This document shows positions 39,902-54,130 of a DNA stretch of 64,000 bases, in pieces. The translations under genes and the position numbers were made by a program. The stretch spans positions 322,276,001-322,340,000 of the forward strand of contig OZ024740.1 in NCBI GenBank assembly GCA_964016885.1, written 5' to 3'. Below the pieces are notes generated by a model. The model was not told where the DNA came from and ran no database searches. It saw nothing but the letters and a program-made list of their open reading frames with translations. Source of the DNA: Eledone cirrhosa. Its lineage: Eukaryota. Positions within the stretch are counted from its first letter, which is position 1; every line of letters begins with the position of its first letter.

Positions 39902-41404
39902 TACCACCACCACCACCACTGTTGTCGCCACCACTACTACAACAACAACAAACAACAAAAGATAAGTATCAACAATATAATACATATACAAACCTAAATA
40001 CAGAATATAGAACGTTCCAGTAGTACAATCTAAAGAACAGCTTACTCTTTCAATTGCAGGGACAACCCCTTTTTTTGCAGCTGAGTAGGCTGTAACAACA
40101 TGAAATAAAATGTCTTGCTCAAGGACACATGCTGCTGGGAATTGAACTCACAACCTTATGATTGCAAACTGAACACCTAAGCTATGATTAATTGGTTAAT
40201 CGGTCGTTAGTGTTGCATTTGCATCACTCCAGTCAATAAACTATGGTGTAAGAAGTAACATCACATACATATTCCCAATTGTGATGTGGGATCACCTGGT
40301 TAGTACATAACAGAGTATATGTACAATTATAATGAATACAAAGGCTAGGTTTCCATAATTCCCTTTATTGTGTAATATGCATTTCTATGGTGTCAGTCTT
40401 TATTACTACCATGATACCACTATGCAACAATTATTGACATGACTTCTTCAGGCAGCAACTTAAGTAATACATTTTTTTATGTGATACATTTCTTAGGCAA
40501 TACAATCTAGTAACATGGAGACAGACTTGTTTTTGATGTTGCTATTTCAAAAGACTGTCTCATATATATCATCACCGTTTTTATGTCCGCTTTTCCATGC
40601 TTGCATGCATCATCATTACTACTTAATGTCTATTTTCCATGCTTGCATGGGTTGGATCGGCTGTCAAGTTATGAGGCCAGATAGATCACATGACCATGTC
40701 ATGCTCATATGTTCTATTTATGGTTTGGTGTTCTCTGGCTGGATGCCCTTCTTGATCCCTTGGTCTAACTGGAAAGATAATGACAAGGGTAAGATGAGAG
40801 AGGAAGCATTAGGTGACATTTTGCTTCTGAAGGATGGAAAGAAGATTCTCACAGTGGAAAAATAATCAATGTCTCATAGAGGTGGCCTTAATGAGATTGA
40901 GTTGTGTTTAGCTGCCTTTCCATGCTGGAAACAGTTGCATGGGCAAAGTGGGGAAGGAGGAAGTGAGTTGGGTACTTAAATGGTGAAGATGGGGATGAGG
41001 GAATATTAAGTTGGGACAACAATTATGAAGGAAATTTGTGTAAGCTACTGTTCTCGACTATATATATGTATAGAGAGATATATATAGATTATACACACAC
41101 ATATATATATGTGTGTGTGTATATATATATATATATTAGGTGTTAGAAAGGACATCAAGCCATAGAAACCAAGCCAGAAACAGTTCTGTATGAGCAAGAC
41201 ATGGTCACCTGATCTGGTTTGTCTCACATTGGGACAACTCATTTAACCCATGCTAGTTTGGAAAAATGGATGTTAAACAGTGATGATGAGGATGATACGC
41301 ACAAACACATGCACACACAAACACACAAATATATAAATATATATATATATACTTCAATGTGGTCTACCTTTCATGGTAGGGTCTATACCGTAGTTAGAAC
41401 TCAA

Positions 41405-41525
41405 TGTTCTGAAGAAGACAGTATGATTGAATCTATATATTATGTCAGATAACATACAGTTCTCTAACTGCTATAGATCAGTCAATATATCAATATGATC
41501 AACCCTCTGAAACGATCGTAAAACA
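41405..41525 (+). ncRNA. Hammerhead candidate with long branched stem II
   Basis: TGTT-CTGAAGA-(~93 nt with ATCTATA/TATAGAT, TATGT/ACATA, CAGTT/AACTG)-GAAA-CGATCG-TA-AAACA. Confidence 0.55.
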
Positions 41526-41587
41526 ATGAAATGAATATGTAAAATAACTTGCCTTCGTTATTATTATCATTGTTAAACTAATATCTA

Positions 41588-41625
<38 letters not shown>

Positions 41626-41785
41626 ATATGTATATTTATTAAAAGCAAAGAATCGCTGCTTTCACCCTTAACGGGATCTTCTGAAACTAACTAAATAAAT
41701 ATTTGCTCTACGGTTCTTATATATTTGATATATATTTATCCTTGTCGAGCCCTCTTTGGATTTTAGTCTTCAAATTTATTATTAT

Positions 41786-41858
<73 letters not shown>

Positions 41859-42227
41859 GTACTAGGAAGGACATCCATCTATAGAAACCAACCCAGAAAC
41901 AGTTCTGTATGAGCTAGACATGGTGATCTGATCTGGTTTGTCTCACATCAGGACAACTCATCTAACCTATGGTAACGCAGAAAAATGGATGTTAAGCAAT
42001 GATGATGATGATGATTATGATATATATATATATCATAATTATTATTACTTTTGGACAAAATGTTTTGCAGCAATTCGTTACGGCTTTTTGCATTTTGAGT
42101 TCAAATGTCACTAAAAGCGACTTTTATCCTTTCAGGGATTGATAAAATACAATAGCAATCAAATGATAGGTTGATTTAATCGAATTCCTCTCCCCCAACA
42201 TTGCTGGCTTTGTGCCCATACTAGAAA

Positions 42228-42264
<37 letters not shown>

Positions 42265-42617
42265 TATAATCGTCATCATCATCATCATCATCAACACCAT
42301 TATCATCATCATCATAAACTGCCATCTTCATCATCATCCCCATCACCCAAACACTCCTTACTGTTGTTTTTGTTGCTGTCATTGTTGTTGTTGTCCCTGA
42401 TGTTACCAGTGATGCCTTCCTACATCTGCCATCATTACCATTATCAGTTCTGTTGCCATGGTGATTATTGTCAGCCTCATCAAGAATATTCCATTTAATT
42501 ATATTATTTATACACACATACAAACACATACACACATACATATACATACATAAACATACATACATATACATAAACATGCACATATACACATGCTTATACA
42601 TATGCACACATGCACAA

Positions 42618-42687
<70 letters not shown>

Positions 42688-44206
42688 TTTTATATATGCA
42701 TATGCACATATATATATATAAATATATATATGAGAATATATATGTGGTGATGATGATTATGCTGATATATATCGTCATCATCATCATTAACATTATCATT
42801 TAACATCATATTCCCTACTAACAAGGATTGGACATGAATATATCTGTGTGTGTGTGTATATACAAACACACACACACTATATATATATATATATATATTG
42901 AGAAGGTGTACTAGGGTAAATGAGGAAACATTTATATTTATTCAATATCTTCACGGCAGTGCCCCAGCATGGCCATGGTCTAATAACTGAAACTTGTAAA
43001 AGAGTGCAAGAACCTCAGAAATAATTTAGGAAATAAACAAAACAGGTAAGTTTGATCAGGTTTTTAAGGTAAGGAAATGTTACCCTATATCTAATGAAAA
43101 ATGGTGCCATTGTTTTTCAAATCATTTAGAAAATAATCAAGAATGTGAAACTGTTTATTAAACTGGTGTTTGTAACATAACTTAAGTTTCTGACATAAAA
43201 TTAAGATGGAAGATATTTAACCCTGTCATTACTATATCTCTAATGAAAGACACTGCCTATGATTTTGAAATCCTTTTGAAAGTTGTCAAGTATTCGGAGA
43301 AATTTAGTCATATAACTAACTTTCTCATTATTAAGCCGGTGTTTGGAACATACCTTAACAAAGGTTCTTATATGAAATTATGATGGAAGGTTATTAGAAA
43401 AATATAAGCACTTTAGAATAAACAACTTATTATTGTAGAACTACAGTGGTTTCAGAGACTTTGGTTTCAAAATTGTCAAATGTTGAGAAATATTTCAGGG
43501 GCTCATCTGATTCAACAAGATAATCAGGAAAGGAAGCTTTAATTAGTAGAAAATAAATAAATATAAATAAATATAAAGTTAATCTAAAATATATATGAAA
43601 TAGATATAAAATATTGTTATATATATTTTAGGAGGGTCATGTTGCCAATAAAAACACATGCACCATTTAAGTTTCATTTCAATTTCATTATTAGTTAGGT
43701 AACTTTATGTCCCTTTATATTCTGAATTCAAATCCTGCCTAGGGAAGCATTGCCTTTCACCTTTACAGGGTCAATAAGATAAAGTACCAGTAATGCATTG
43801 GGTCAATTCAATCGATTTTCCCCTTCCCTGAAATTGTTGGCATTGTACCTAAATCAGAATCCATTATTAGTTAGGTAACTTTATGTTCCTTTACATTCTG
43901 AGTTCAAATCCCGCTGAGGTTAACTTTGTCTTTCCTCCTTACGGGGTCGATAAAATAAAGCACCAGTAATGTACTGAATTGGTTTAATCGACTTTTCCCT
44001 TCTACTAAATTGTTGACCACGTCCCTAAATCATAATCCATTAGGTAACTAATCCATTCCTTGGTTAATTTAATAGCTGGCTGGTTGTTTAATTGACATAT
44101 TTAATTGTCAAAACTCTTTCATCACACATTCTATGACCTTCTCAATAATTATTCTTGCTCCTCTGTGTCTCCTCTTTGTTATAATCATGTTTTATCAAGT
44201 AGATCA

Positions 44207-44855
44207 CCACACTGTAAAGTGGTTGTGTAGGTGTCACAAAAAATCACCCAGTACATACTGTAAAGTGGTCGTATAGGTGTCACAAAAAAGCACCCAGTAC
44301 ATACTGTAAAGAGGTTGTGTAGGTATCACAACAAAAAGCACCCAGTCGACACTGTAGAGTGGTCGTGTAGGCATCACGACAAAAAGCACCCAGTCCACAC
44401 TGTAAAGTGGTCGTCGAGGTATCACGACAAAAAGCACCCAGTCGACACTGTAGAGTGGTCGTGTAGGCATCACGACAAAAAGCACCCAGTCCACACTGTA
44501 AAGTGGTCGTCGAGGTATCACGACAAAAAGCACCCAGTCGACACTGTAGAGTGGTCGTGTAGGCATCACGACAAAAAGCACCCAGTCCACACTGTAAAGT
44601 GGTCGTCGAGGTATCACGACAAAAAGCACCCAGTCGACACTGTAGAGTGGTCGTGTAGGCATCATGACAAAAAGCACCCAGTCCACACTGTGAATGTGGT
44701 TGGTGTTAGGAAGAGCATCCAGCTGTAGAAACCAAGTCAAAATCAGTTCTGTATGAGCAAGACATGGTCACCTGACCTAGCATTGCCCAGAACAGGACAA
44801 CTCATCTAACCCATGCTAGAGTGGAAAATGGACGTAAAACGGTGATGATGATGAG
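44207..44855 (+). repeat. About ten 48-bp tandem units expanded inside an RTE/SINE 3' tail
   Basis: Alternating A/B units (96-bp dimer) run directly into GGTTGGTGTTAGGAAGAGCATCCAGC..(GAT)n. Confidence 0.9.
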
Positions 44856-45384
44856 GAGGAGAAGGACCACCAATACTAGAGAGGTTGCTGCACCTTTGAC
44901 ACAACTGAAAAGTCATCTCAATTCTTTTCTTGTAATTATTTCTACAGCTGGATACCCTTCATATCACCAAAAAAATTACAAAGTGCAGTGGGTGCATTTG
45001 GAGTAAATAATAATATATCTGTTTCAACACATGATTTTACATCAAGAATTTTACAAAACAAATACAAAAACAAAGATATAAACTAAATATAAAATAGATA
45101 TAAAATACATATGAAATAAATATGAATTAATATAAAATACATATAAAATAAATATAAAATAAACATAAATAAGGTATAAAATAGGTATAAATTATGGATA
45201 TCAATGTCTAGAAAACATCTTTTCTAGCTGTTTTCAAAGCTTAGTTGCAAAAACTGAATAAAAGTCAACATTTTATCAACAATATCTGTAAAGTCCATTA
45301 GCTAATTAACAGTCTTTATTAAAACCTATATTTTCTTATTTAGAGAGAGTAGGATATATATATATATGTACATGTGTGTATATA

Positions 45385-45416
<32 letters not shown>

Positions 45417-45803
45417 GCGATGGATAGAGAGTGAGAGAGTCTGCTGTGCTGAAACTGGGGAGACCACTTATCATGGGAGTAAATCCATGGGGAGATGGAG
45501 AGTGGGTACAGAAATATGTAAAATCCTGACCACGGCACCAAGCGGTTTCAGCTTGTGTGTCACACAAGCCAAAATCACTTGACGCCGCAGGATTTTACAT
45601 ATCAGTATATATATATATATGTCTGTGTGCATGTATGTGTATATGTAAATGTGTGTATGTGTATATGTAAATGTGTGTATGTGTATATATATAATTCGGA
45701 GATGGTCTACAGCAACAGTAATACCTATTTCACGGACCAAATCAAATATTTTCTCTATTCTCTGTTTGTGTTTACCATAATTCCTTTATTTATTAACTAA
45801 TTA

Positions 45804-45877
45804 TGCAATCTGCACCTGATGATATCGCCAGGACCTTATGTAACCAGGCCATTGAAATATATATAGTGTTTTTTGCA
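45804..45877 (+). ncRNA. Type I hammerhead ribozyme (intact core, extended stem I)
   Basis: TGCAA TCT GCAC-CTGATGA-(stem II)-GAAA-TATATA-TA-GTGT TTT TTGCA, then AATAAA. Confidence 0.8.
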
Positions 45878-46259
45878 ACAATAAAACTTAAAAGAACATC
45901 ACCAGTTGGCCTTTTGTTATTTAAATCAAACCAATACTTAACTCTGTTCCTGCATCAACGATAGATGAGTTGTGTAACATAGAGTGCTTTTTCTCCTATT
46001 ACACCATGGTTAACTAAACAGAATGAACAGTTCTTATCCAGTGGTGAACCACTAAATATATATATATATAAACAAGGTATCCCCCAAAAAATGTATGCAC
46101 ACTTCAACAACATTCTAATAAATATGTGTATACTTTTTGGGGAACACCCTGAATATATATATGTAAAAGGTAAATAGAAATAACAAAAATAACAAAACAA
46201 ACGGCACAGTACATGAAAGAAATATATTAATTTAATGCTTGAAATAACAGGAACAGAGT

Positions 46260-46293
46260 CTTGACATTTCAGACACTAGCCTTTCGTCAGAAG
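46260..46293 (-). ncRNA. Minimal hammerhead motif in a ~220-bp element repeated at 47265-47475
   Basis: CTT-CTGACGA-AAGGC TAGT GTCT-GAAA-TG-TC-AAG; the copy at 47334-47367 has G12 mutated. Confidence 0.7.
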
Positions 46294-46418
46294 GTAGAGT
46301 TAGAAATAGAAGATAAATAGAAAGTAAAGAGTGGTAAGAGGAAGGAAAGGGAAAAAGAAAAAAAAATGGGGAGAAAAAAACGCATGTGCATATTCAGTTA
46401 ACTATCTAGGAGATATAT

Positions 46419-46456
<38 letters not shown>

Positions 46457-48231
46457 TTAACAAACTTTTTTCCATGGCAGCAAGGGTTGGACAGGCTCTT
46501 AAAAATGAGGTTAGTATTTAACTGGAACCACTGACCTCTCAGATGGGCTGGGGCTGCATCTCACATATATTCCACACACTACATAGTGAACCTGGTTCAT
46601 TTTATTGTGGTACTAGCATGTTATGTCTTTGACACAACTGAAGAATCCACTTGACACTTTGTTTGGCAGGTTTTCTATGGCTGGACACCTTTCCTATTAC
46701 CAACCAATTTACAGAGAGTACTGGGTGCATTCATCAAATAGATCACCAATACTAGAGAGATTGATGTGCCTTTGACACAACTGAAAAGTCCTTTCATAAC
46801 TTTTTTTTTTACATGGTTTCTACAGTTAGATGCCCTTTATATCACCAACCACTTTACAGGTTAGAGTATAGTGGGTGAACTTTTCTTGGCATCAGAAGTA
46901 CTAGAGAGGTTGTGTTATGAGTGAAGACTCTTTTCATCCTTGTTTAGCAGGATTTCTACAGCTGGAGGTTCTTCCCATCACCTATGTATGTATGTATATA
47001 TATATATATATATAATAGGAAAGAAGAGACAGTTTTACATATTCAAATTGTTGTCTTACATCCCACCTCTAATGTACATTTCCAAGGCATTAAAATGTCC
47101 TAGTGTAAGCAATGTTTTGTTTTTGGTTTTTGATATGCCTGCTGTCAAAGGAATGTTATTAATTCAGGTTACATACTATTGCTACATATGGTGCTGTTAA
47201 GCTAGAGATAGAGGTGTAGGAGTTAGTGTATATGTGTGTGTGTGTGTAAAAAGTAAACAGAAATAATAAAACAAACGGTACAGTACATTGAAGAAATATA
47301 TTAGTTTAACGCTTGAAATAACAGGAAAAGAGTGTTAACGTTTAAGAGACTAGTCCTTCATCAGAAGATAGAGTTAGAAATAAAAGATAAAATAGAAAGA
47401 TAAAGAAGGAATGGAGAAAAAATGAGGAAAAAAAACGGAAAAACAAAACACATATGCGTATTCAGTCAGCCATTTTGGATATATATATTTATACATACAT
47501 ATATACAGTAATGGTGGTTATAGTGTTGATGATGATGATGATGTTGATCATGATGTTGATCATGATGATGATGAAGACAGTGATAATGTTAACAACATTG
47601 ACAAAATTACAAATTGAGTTTGGGGTCAATTCTTTGGAACAATTTCCTTGCAGTGCTGACAGCATCAACAACAACAACAACAATATCTTCATTGAATTAC
47701 AGCAGACATTCGTGTTAATTCTCTCTTGCTGACTTTATTAAATCAAGGAAGCAGCTATCACCAAATGTTCTTCTCACAGACATTATCTCAAAGCTTACAA
47801 TGACTTTCATACAAAAATTATTCTGTGTTGTTTGGTAAATTGTGAAAAATTTTATTGCAATTATATTTTACCTTTTAAGACATTTAAAACATTTAAAAAC
47901 ATTTCAAATCATTTTAAATCATTTAAAATACTTTTAAAAATATTTTAACAGATTTTCAAATATTTTGAAAAACATGTTAAAATATTCAAAAATATTTGAA
48001 AACAATTAAAAAAAACATTTAAAAACATTTTAAAACATTTAAAACCAATTTTAAAACATTTAAATCTATTTCCAAACATTTAAAAACGTTTTTTAAAATA
48101 TTGAGACATTACAAAATATTTTAAAAACATTTAAGCATATTTTCTGCTATTTCAGACATTCTACTGTGAATTTCTGGTAATAAAGAAAAAAACACTGTCA
48201 TGTATGGGTGGGTGGGGAGTAGTGTGAGTGA

Positions 48232-48312
<81 letters not shown>

Positions 48313-48769
48313 TGTGTGTGTGTGTATGTATGGATTGTGTATGTGTGGATGTGTGATTTTATGAACATGTGTATATTTGAGCATTTTACTCATGTGTGTA
48401 TGTGTGTGTATATTTTTCTGAGGCTTTTAATAATATATATATATATATCAGGATAGAACCAGTTTGAAACTAGTTAGAGCATTACTCAACAGAGCACTCG
48501 ATACTTGGGGTAGTAGAGTATGGGTATATTATAATGAGTTGAGATCTGACGGCTGAGCTCTTGCCATTTCAGTAGTTGTTCTAGTATGTATGTAGAAACA
48601 ATTATTACTATATATATATATATCATCATTTTACGTCCGCTTTTCCCTGCTTGCAAGGGTATATATATATAATAATAATAATTGTTTCTACTTTAGGCAC
48701 AAGGCCAGCAATGGGGGGGGGGGGGTGTCGATTAAATCAACACCAGTATATTACTGGTGCTTTCTCGTA

Positions 48770-50630
48770 GAGGAAATCTCCCACAACAAAGGGTCTGAAA
48801 CCATTTCATCTTTTGTGCGGAGATAAAAGAATTAGATCAAATACAGACATACAAATACTTAAGAATCAATGAACTAAACAAGGTTCAATACAATCTAATC
48901 TAATCTGGCCAAGTTTACACTCACAACTAAGAAGAACCAGGGCCGCCCCTAGAAGCATTGGATTTGGTGTACTTCATATTTCTTTTGGTTGCTGAATACA
49001 ATCAGGGTCGCTGCTTCTCCTCAATAGTTCTCTTCTAACTCAAGTGGGGGCGCCTTTCCATTGTCAATTTGCATTGATCATCTGCAAAGCTGCATTGTCT
49101 CAGAACCACTACACCAGTCCTACAAAACAGGAACAAAATTAAAAATTGTTCTCAAATTCAAAATAGAAGTTGGATTGACAGATAACTGTGAGGAAAATGA
49201 AAACAAAGAAGAAACAACAGATATTGTGAAAACCAAAATCTAAATTGAAAACAGACCTCCAGAATGCCATGCTCAAATGATGGCAAGAAAAACCCTTACA
49301 TGGCCAATACCCGAAAAATCTGAATAGAGAGGAAATAGACAAGCAAAACCCACAAAACTATCTGTAAAACACTGGACTAAAAATCAAAATGGAAACATAT
49401 GTAATTGCAGTACAAGATCAAAGCAAGCCTCCCCAGTACATAATGAAGAGCACAGTAACCGCAGAATATGTGGAGGTGGAGAAGAAATAACCCTATTATC
49501 TCTGGCTGTCCAGTCTTAGCCAAAAAGAAATATATCAACAGACATGATAAAGATGGGATTTACATATCTGGAAGTTATGCCAATACGACAAAATACTGTA
49601 GTGACCTACATTCCGCGGGCTCACATACATTCTCTATGCGTGATTTGGCTCAGTTCAGCCAATCAGCGCCAGTAGAAGAGGATGTATCCCTACGCGCCCT
49701 GAGGAAGAAATTCCCTGCGAAGATTTGAAGAATCTCTCTCTTGTACCAGAAACTTCGAGCCAGCAACACGCATAATGTAACGGTGAGATTTTGCACCCTA
49801 GCCTCGCTGGCTTTTCGGCGCAATGGCACATTCCCTTTTGTAACCTCTTCTTATCTGTAACTTCAACCATATAAGTTAACAAACATTGTTTGTGCTACAT
49901 CAAAAATAAACATACATTTCATCTCTAATTTCTGCTGTTGGAATCATTTTTATGTTACTCGTGTCTCAATAACATCTATAATCCATGCTGCTGGAATTGG
50001 CGACCTGACGAAAGGAATATTGAAAATAGATGGTAAATAGATCGAGGGACCTTCCCTCACGTCTATGTCAACAAGATAATCCAACGAGGATACTATCACT
50101 TACCACACTGGCAACTAACGACCATCAATCATACTTCTACCCTGTTAAAGTGGCGACCACTGATTCTACCACCCTGCTAAAATACCAACAGAAAAAAGAT
50201 GGTTCAGGTTAACACCAGAAAAAGTATGAGAGAATGACAAAGCAACCATATCTTGGGATATGCCAATACACACAGACAGGGAGATCAAACTCAACCGACC
50301 AGATATTATAAGAAAAGAAATGTCTTCTAATTGATGTATCGGTTCTCAAAGATGACAATATATCTACTAAGGGAAAGGAAAAATTATCCAAATATAAAGA
50401 TCTAGAGATAGAAATAACATGAATGTGTATGATGAAAACAGAAACAATACCTATAAAAAAAAGGTGCTTGAGGAATGGTAAAAAAAACCCACAGATACAA
50501 AACCAAAACCTCAAGTCTCACAAATATATATACATAACGAACACCTCAAGACTCACAAATATATACACAGCATACAAAACAAAGCACTATTAGGTACTGC
50601 ACACATATTACAAATAGTACTCTCAGTACA
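48770..50630 (+). mobile_element. Decayed R4/Dong-like RLE non-LTR retrotransposon
   Basis: WQEKPLHGQY, IISGCPVLAKKKYINRHD, ILWD-like/NRPDII-like, LLIDVSV..KLSKYKDLEIEI motifs across frameshifts. Confidence 0.8.
49597..50181. mobile_element. Probable solo LTR nested in the R4/Dong-like element
   Basis: Starts TGTAG, ends CTAAA (one change from CTACA); ATAC duplicated at 49593-96 and 50182-85; the host frame rejoins as WKLCQYDKIPTEKRW. Confidence 0.65.
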
Positions 50631-51114
50631 ACAGAAACAACAGCACCAAATACCACACTGTACATACCCAAGGTGCACAGAGCTGTGCTCAGTAATGCAG
50701 TGATGATGTGCAATAAAAATATTAGCACAAGGCCAGCAATTATCCCAGTGCATTACTGGTGTTTTATTTTATCAACCCCGTAAGGATGAAAGGCAAAGTT
50801 AATCTTGACGGGATTTGTACTCAGACTGTAAAGGGCCGTACCTCTAATATGTAAAGCATAGCATCCAACCCTCTACCGATACTGCCAAATCCACTGTACA
50901 AATAAGACTAATAATAATAATAATAATTGTTTCTACTTTTGGCACAAGGCCAGCAATTACCCAGTGTATTACTGGTACTTTATTTTATCGACCCCGTAAG
51001 GATGAAAGGCAAAGTTAACCTCGGCGGGATTTGAACTCAGACCGTAAAGGGACGTAACTCTATGCTTCAAAGCATGGTGTTCGACTCTCTACCGATATTG
51101 CTAATCCACCGTCC

Positions 51115-51156
<42 letters not shown>

Positions 51157-52094
51157 TAATAAATAAACAGATGAATAAATGATTAAGGGAAACACAAATA
51201 GGCAGAGATAGTTTTTTTTACCAACCACATGTCTGAATTTCTTTAAACACGAAATATAAAGGCAGCAAATTGGCAGAGTTGTTAGAAGAAATGCTTTGTG
51301 ATATATGTTCCTGCTTTCCGTGCGCTGAATTCAAATCCTACCAAGGTCAACTTTACCTTTCATCCTTTTGAGGTTGATAAATAAAGTAACAGTCAAGTGG
51401 TGAGGGATGATTCTTATTCTATCTCACATTTTCTCTTCCTCTAAATCTCTTTCTTTAGAAGAAATCATTTATGTTCAGACATGGAGAGGGATGAGCTCCG
51501 CCAGATACACGATATGTCATGATAGCGCCCCCTACAACTCCACAAGGAGTTCAGGGTCCATGACATGCTTGTGTATAAGTTGCACCTCCATTTCATCTAC
51601 AATATATACAATGTATTATACTATATATCTTCAATTCACATTGCTCCAGTACCAGCAATAACTGAGGGTTTAACCTTGCGATGGACTGGTGTCCTATTCA
51701 GGCGGGAGTCTTATACTGTCAGTCACTTCACCACGGAAACCCGGATAAGCACCGGCCTGATGAGACTCTGAACTTGAGACAGACAGACACATATTTTGAC
51801 CTGAAGTTTTGTAGGTCTAATAGATAAGTCATAAGATGGCTTTTCTCAGGGTATTTTCATGGAAAAAGGGGTGACTTATACATGAGTATATACAGGATTT
51901 TATAAAGTAGACTATAAATAATTAGAATAATTAAAAAGAAGAAATTGGATGCAAATAAATAAATAAAGAAATAGATTGTTTGGGGTTCAATCCAAATGCA
52001 TGGGCAAGTGATTTCTACTGTATCCTTGGGTTGACCAATGCCTTGTGAGTGATATTTGGCAGACAGAAACTGTGTAGATGGCAGTTGTATATAT

Positions 52095-52600
52095 ATCATC
52101 ATCATCGTTTAACGTCCATATTCCACGCTTGCATGGGTTTGGACGGGAGTTTTCCCACTTGAGGCAAGAGTGGTTGTCTCGCTCACATAGGACTGTCTGG
52201 CGGGTTTTCTACGGCTGGATGCCCTTCCTAACACCAACCACATTTACAGTGTGGAACTGGGAGGTTTTTACCGTGTTACCTACACGGCCACATTACAGCG
52301 TGGACTGTGTGTTTTTTTGTCGTGACACCTACACGACCTCATTTGTTTCGGGCTGGATGTTGAAAGGGGTGGTGTGGATGGGGTGGGGTAGTGGGATAGG
52401 GGTGTATTTTGTTAGAGGTGCCTACTGACTGTAGTAGGTTTCACTTTGAACTTAGGCAAGGCGGGTCTTCTGTATTACTGTGTAGCGCCAAAGCTCTCAG
52501 TCCAGTGACATTGTCTTGGAGAGGTGTAAGTGTGTGAGGTCGGAATTTATCAAGTCGTCCCAGGTTTTTCTGGGTCTGCCTACTCCGTGGCTACCGTCAT
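52095..52600 (-). mobile_element. RTE LINE 3' end
   Basis: Reverse complement closely matches 19300-19833. Confidence 0.9.
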
Positions 52601-53635
52601 ATATATATATATAACAACAAAATGCATCCAACCCACACTGTAAAGGAGTCATAACAAAAAGCACCCAGCACACGCTGCAAATGTGGTTGGCGTGAGGAAG
52701 GGCATCCAGCCATAGAAACCAACCCCAAATCAGTTCTGTATGAACTGGTCATCTGACATGATATGCCTCAAACGGGACAATCTGTTTAACCCATAAACAA
52801 TGATGATGATATATATATATATGTATATATTTCCCCACTTATTCCTGGGAGGGTTGTGAGGGCAAACTCCTCAAACACGCCTTCAGGCATGTCATGTCAG
52901 AAGCATCTGTCTTCAATTGATCTGGTTGAATTTCCAAGCAAGACAGCTGAGCTCATAGATATTATCCATCCATCTTGCTTGAGGTCTACCCTTGGGTTTT
53001 GCTCATAAAAACTGTCTATCGATTCTTTCCTGTGACATTCTAACTAGCGTTTATGTCCAATAACCTAGCAGTTAGACAAAAAAGAAATGATAAAATAAGT
53101 TCCAGATTTGAAAAAAAAAAGTACTGGGGTCGAAATGATCGACTAAATCAAAGGTTCTCAACGGGGGGAGGGGGACATATGCACCCCCAGGGGGCGTTTT
53201 GGAACTCCAGGGGGGCGTTTGGGAGCAAGGGGCATTAGGGGGGCGTTTGGAGCTTTGGGGGCACTGGAAGGCTCTTTACTTTGGTAAGTTTTATGAGCCA
53301 TATTGTATGTCTTTGAGACAGCCTGTGTGAATGCATTTGAATGAGCATGCAGACAGCATAACTATGGTCTGACCGCAGCTGTGAGCAGGTGTGCAGGTGT
53401 GTTTAGACATTAACCGGCAATTGAGATGCTAACAATGGAAAAACCCACAGTCAACTGGGTCAATGACACTTCAAGTGCAGCCAATTAGAATCTTGTCTTT
53501 CCTTCACCGATAACAATGTATTTCATGTCTGAAATTATTGACTCAACCGTAACAAGTTAACACTATGTAGATCTATTTTATAAATAATATTACAAATAAA
53601 AAAAAAATTAAAAAAACACAGAAACGGGTAGCACA

Positions 53636-53902
53636 CACATCTAGGACCACATACAACGCACAGGCAGGTAATACATACATTTAGGACCACATACAACACA
53701 TAAGCAGGTAATACAAACATCTAGGACCACATACAACACATAATCAGGTAATACAAGCATATAGGACCACATACAACACATAATCAGGTAATACATACAT
53801 CTAGGACCACATGCAATACACAAGCAGGTAATACATACATCTAGGACTACCTACAACACACAAGCAGGTAATACATACATCTAGGACCAAATACAACACA
53901 CA
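53636..53902. repeat. 40-bp minisatellite (about 6.5 units) inside the hAT
   Basis: CTAGGACCAC-like starts at 53641, 53681, 53721, 53761, 53801, 53841, 53881. Confidence 0.9.
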
Positions 53903-54130
53903 TTGTATCATGTGCTACAGACGACGCAAGAGCAATGGTCTTCTGAAGAGAGAAAATCTATCTGTATTTGTTGTTCATTGTGTCATTCATCGACAACACT
54001 TGGCTGCGAAGAAACTCAGCAAGCCACTGAGCAAGTCCTTGCAGGTGGCCCTTGATGTCATCAATTTTATCAAACGGCATTCCCTCAATGAACAAATTTT
54101 CCGGCAACTGTGCCAAGATAATGACGAAGT

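Noticed and set aside
40366-40458. Minus-strand CTGAAGA..GAAA-TGCA-TA motif
   Set aside because: The palindromic loop is suggestive, but stem I does not pair; at best a heavily decayed copy, so not counted
44207-44700. CRISPR-like regular array
   Set aside because: Units are contiguous with no unique spacers, derive from an RTE/SINE tail, and the context is eukaryotic
50000-50040. CTGACGA..GAAA inside the solo LTR; TGGCGACC as a primer-binding site
   Set aside because: Stems I and II do not pair; the TGG motif is internal to the TSD-bounded element rather than just after its end
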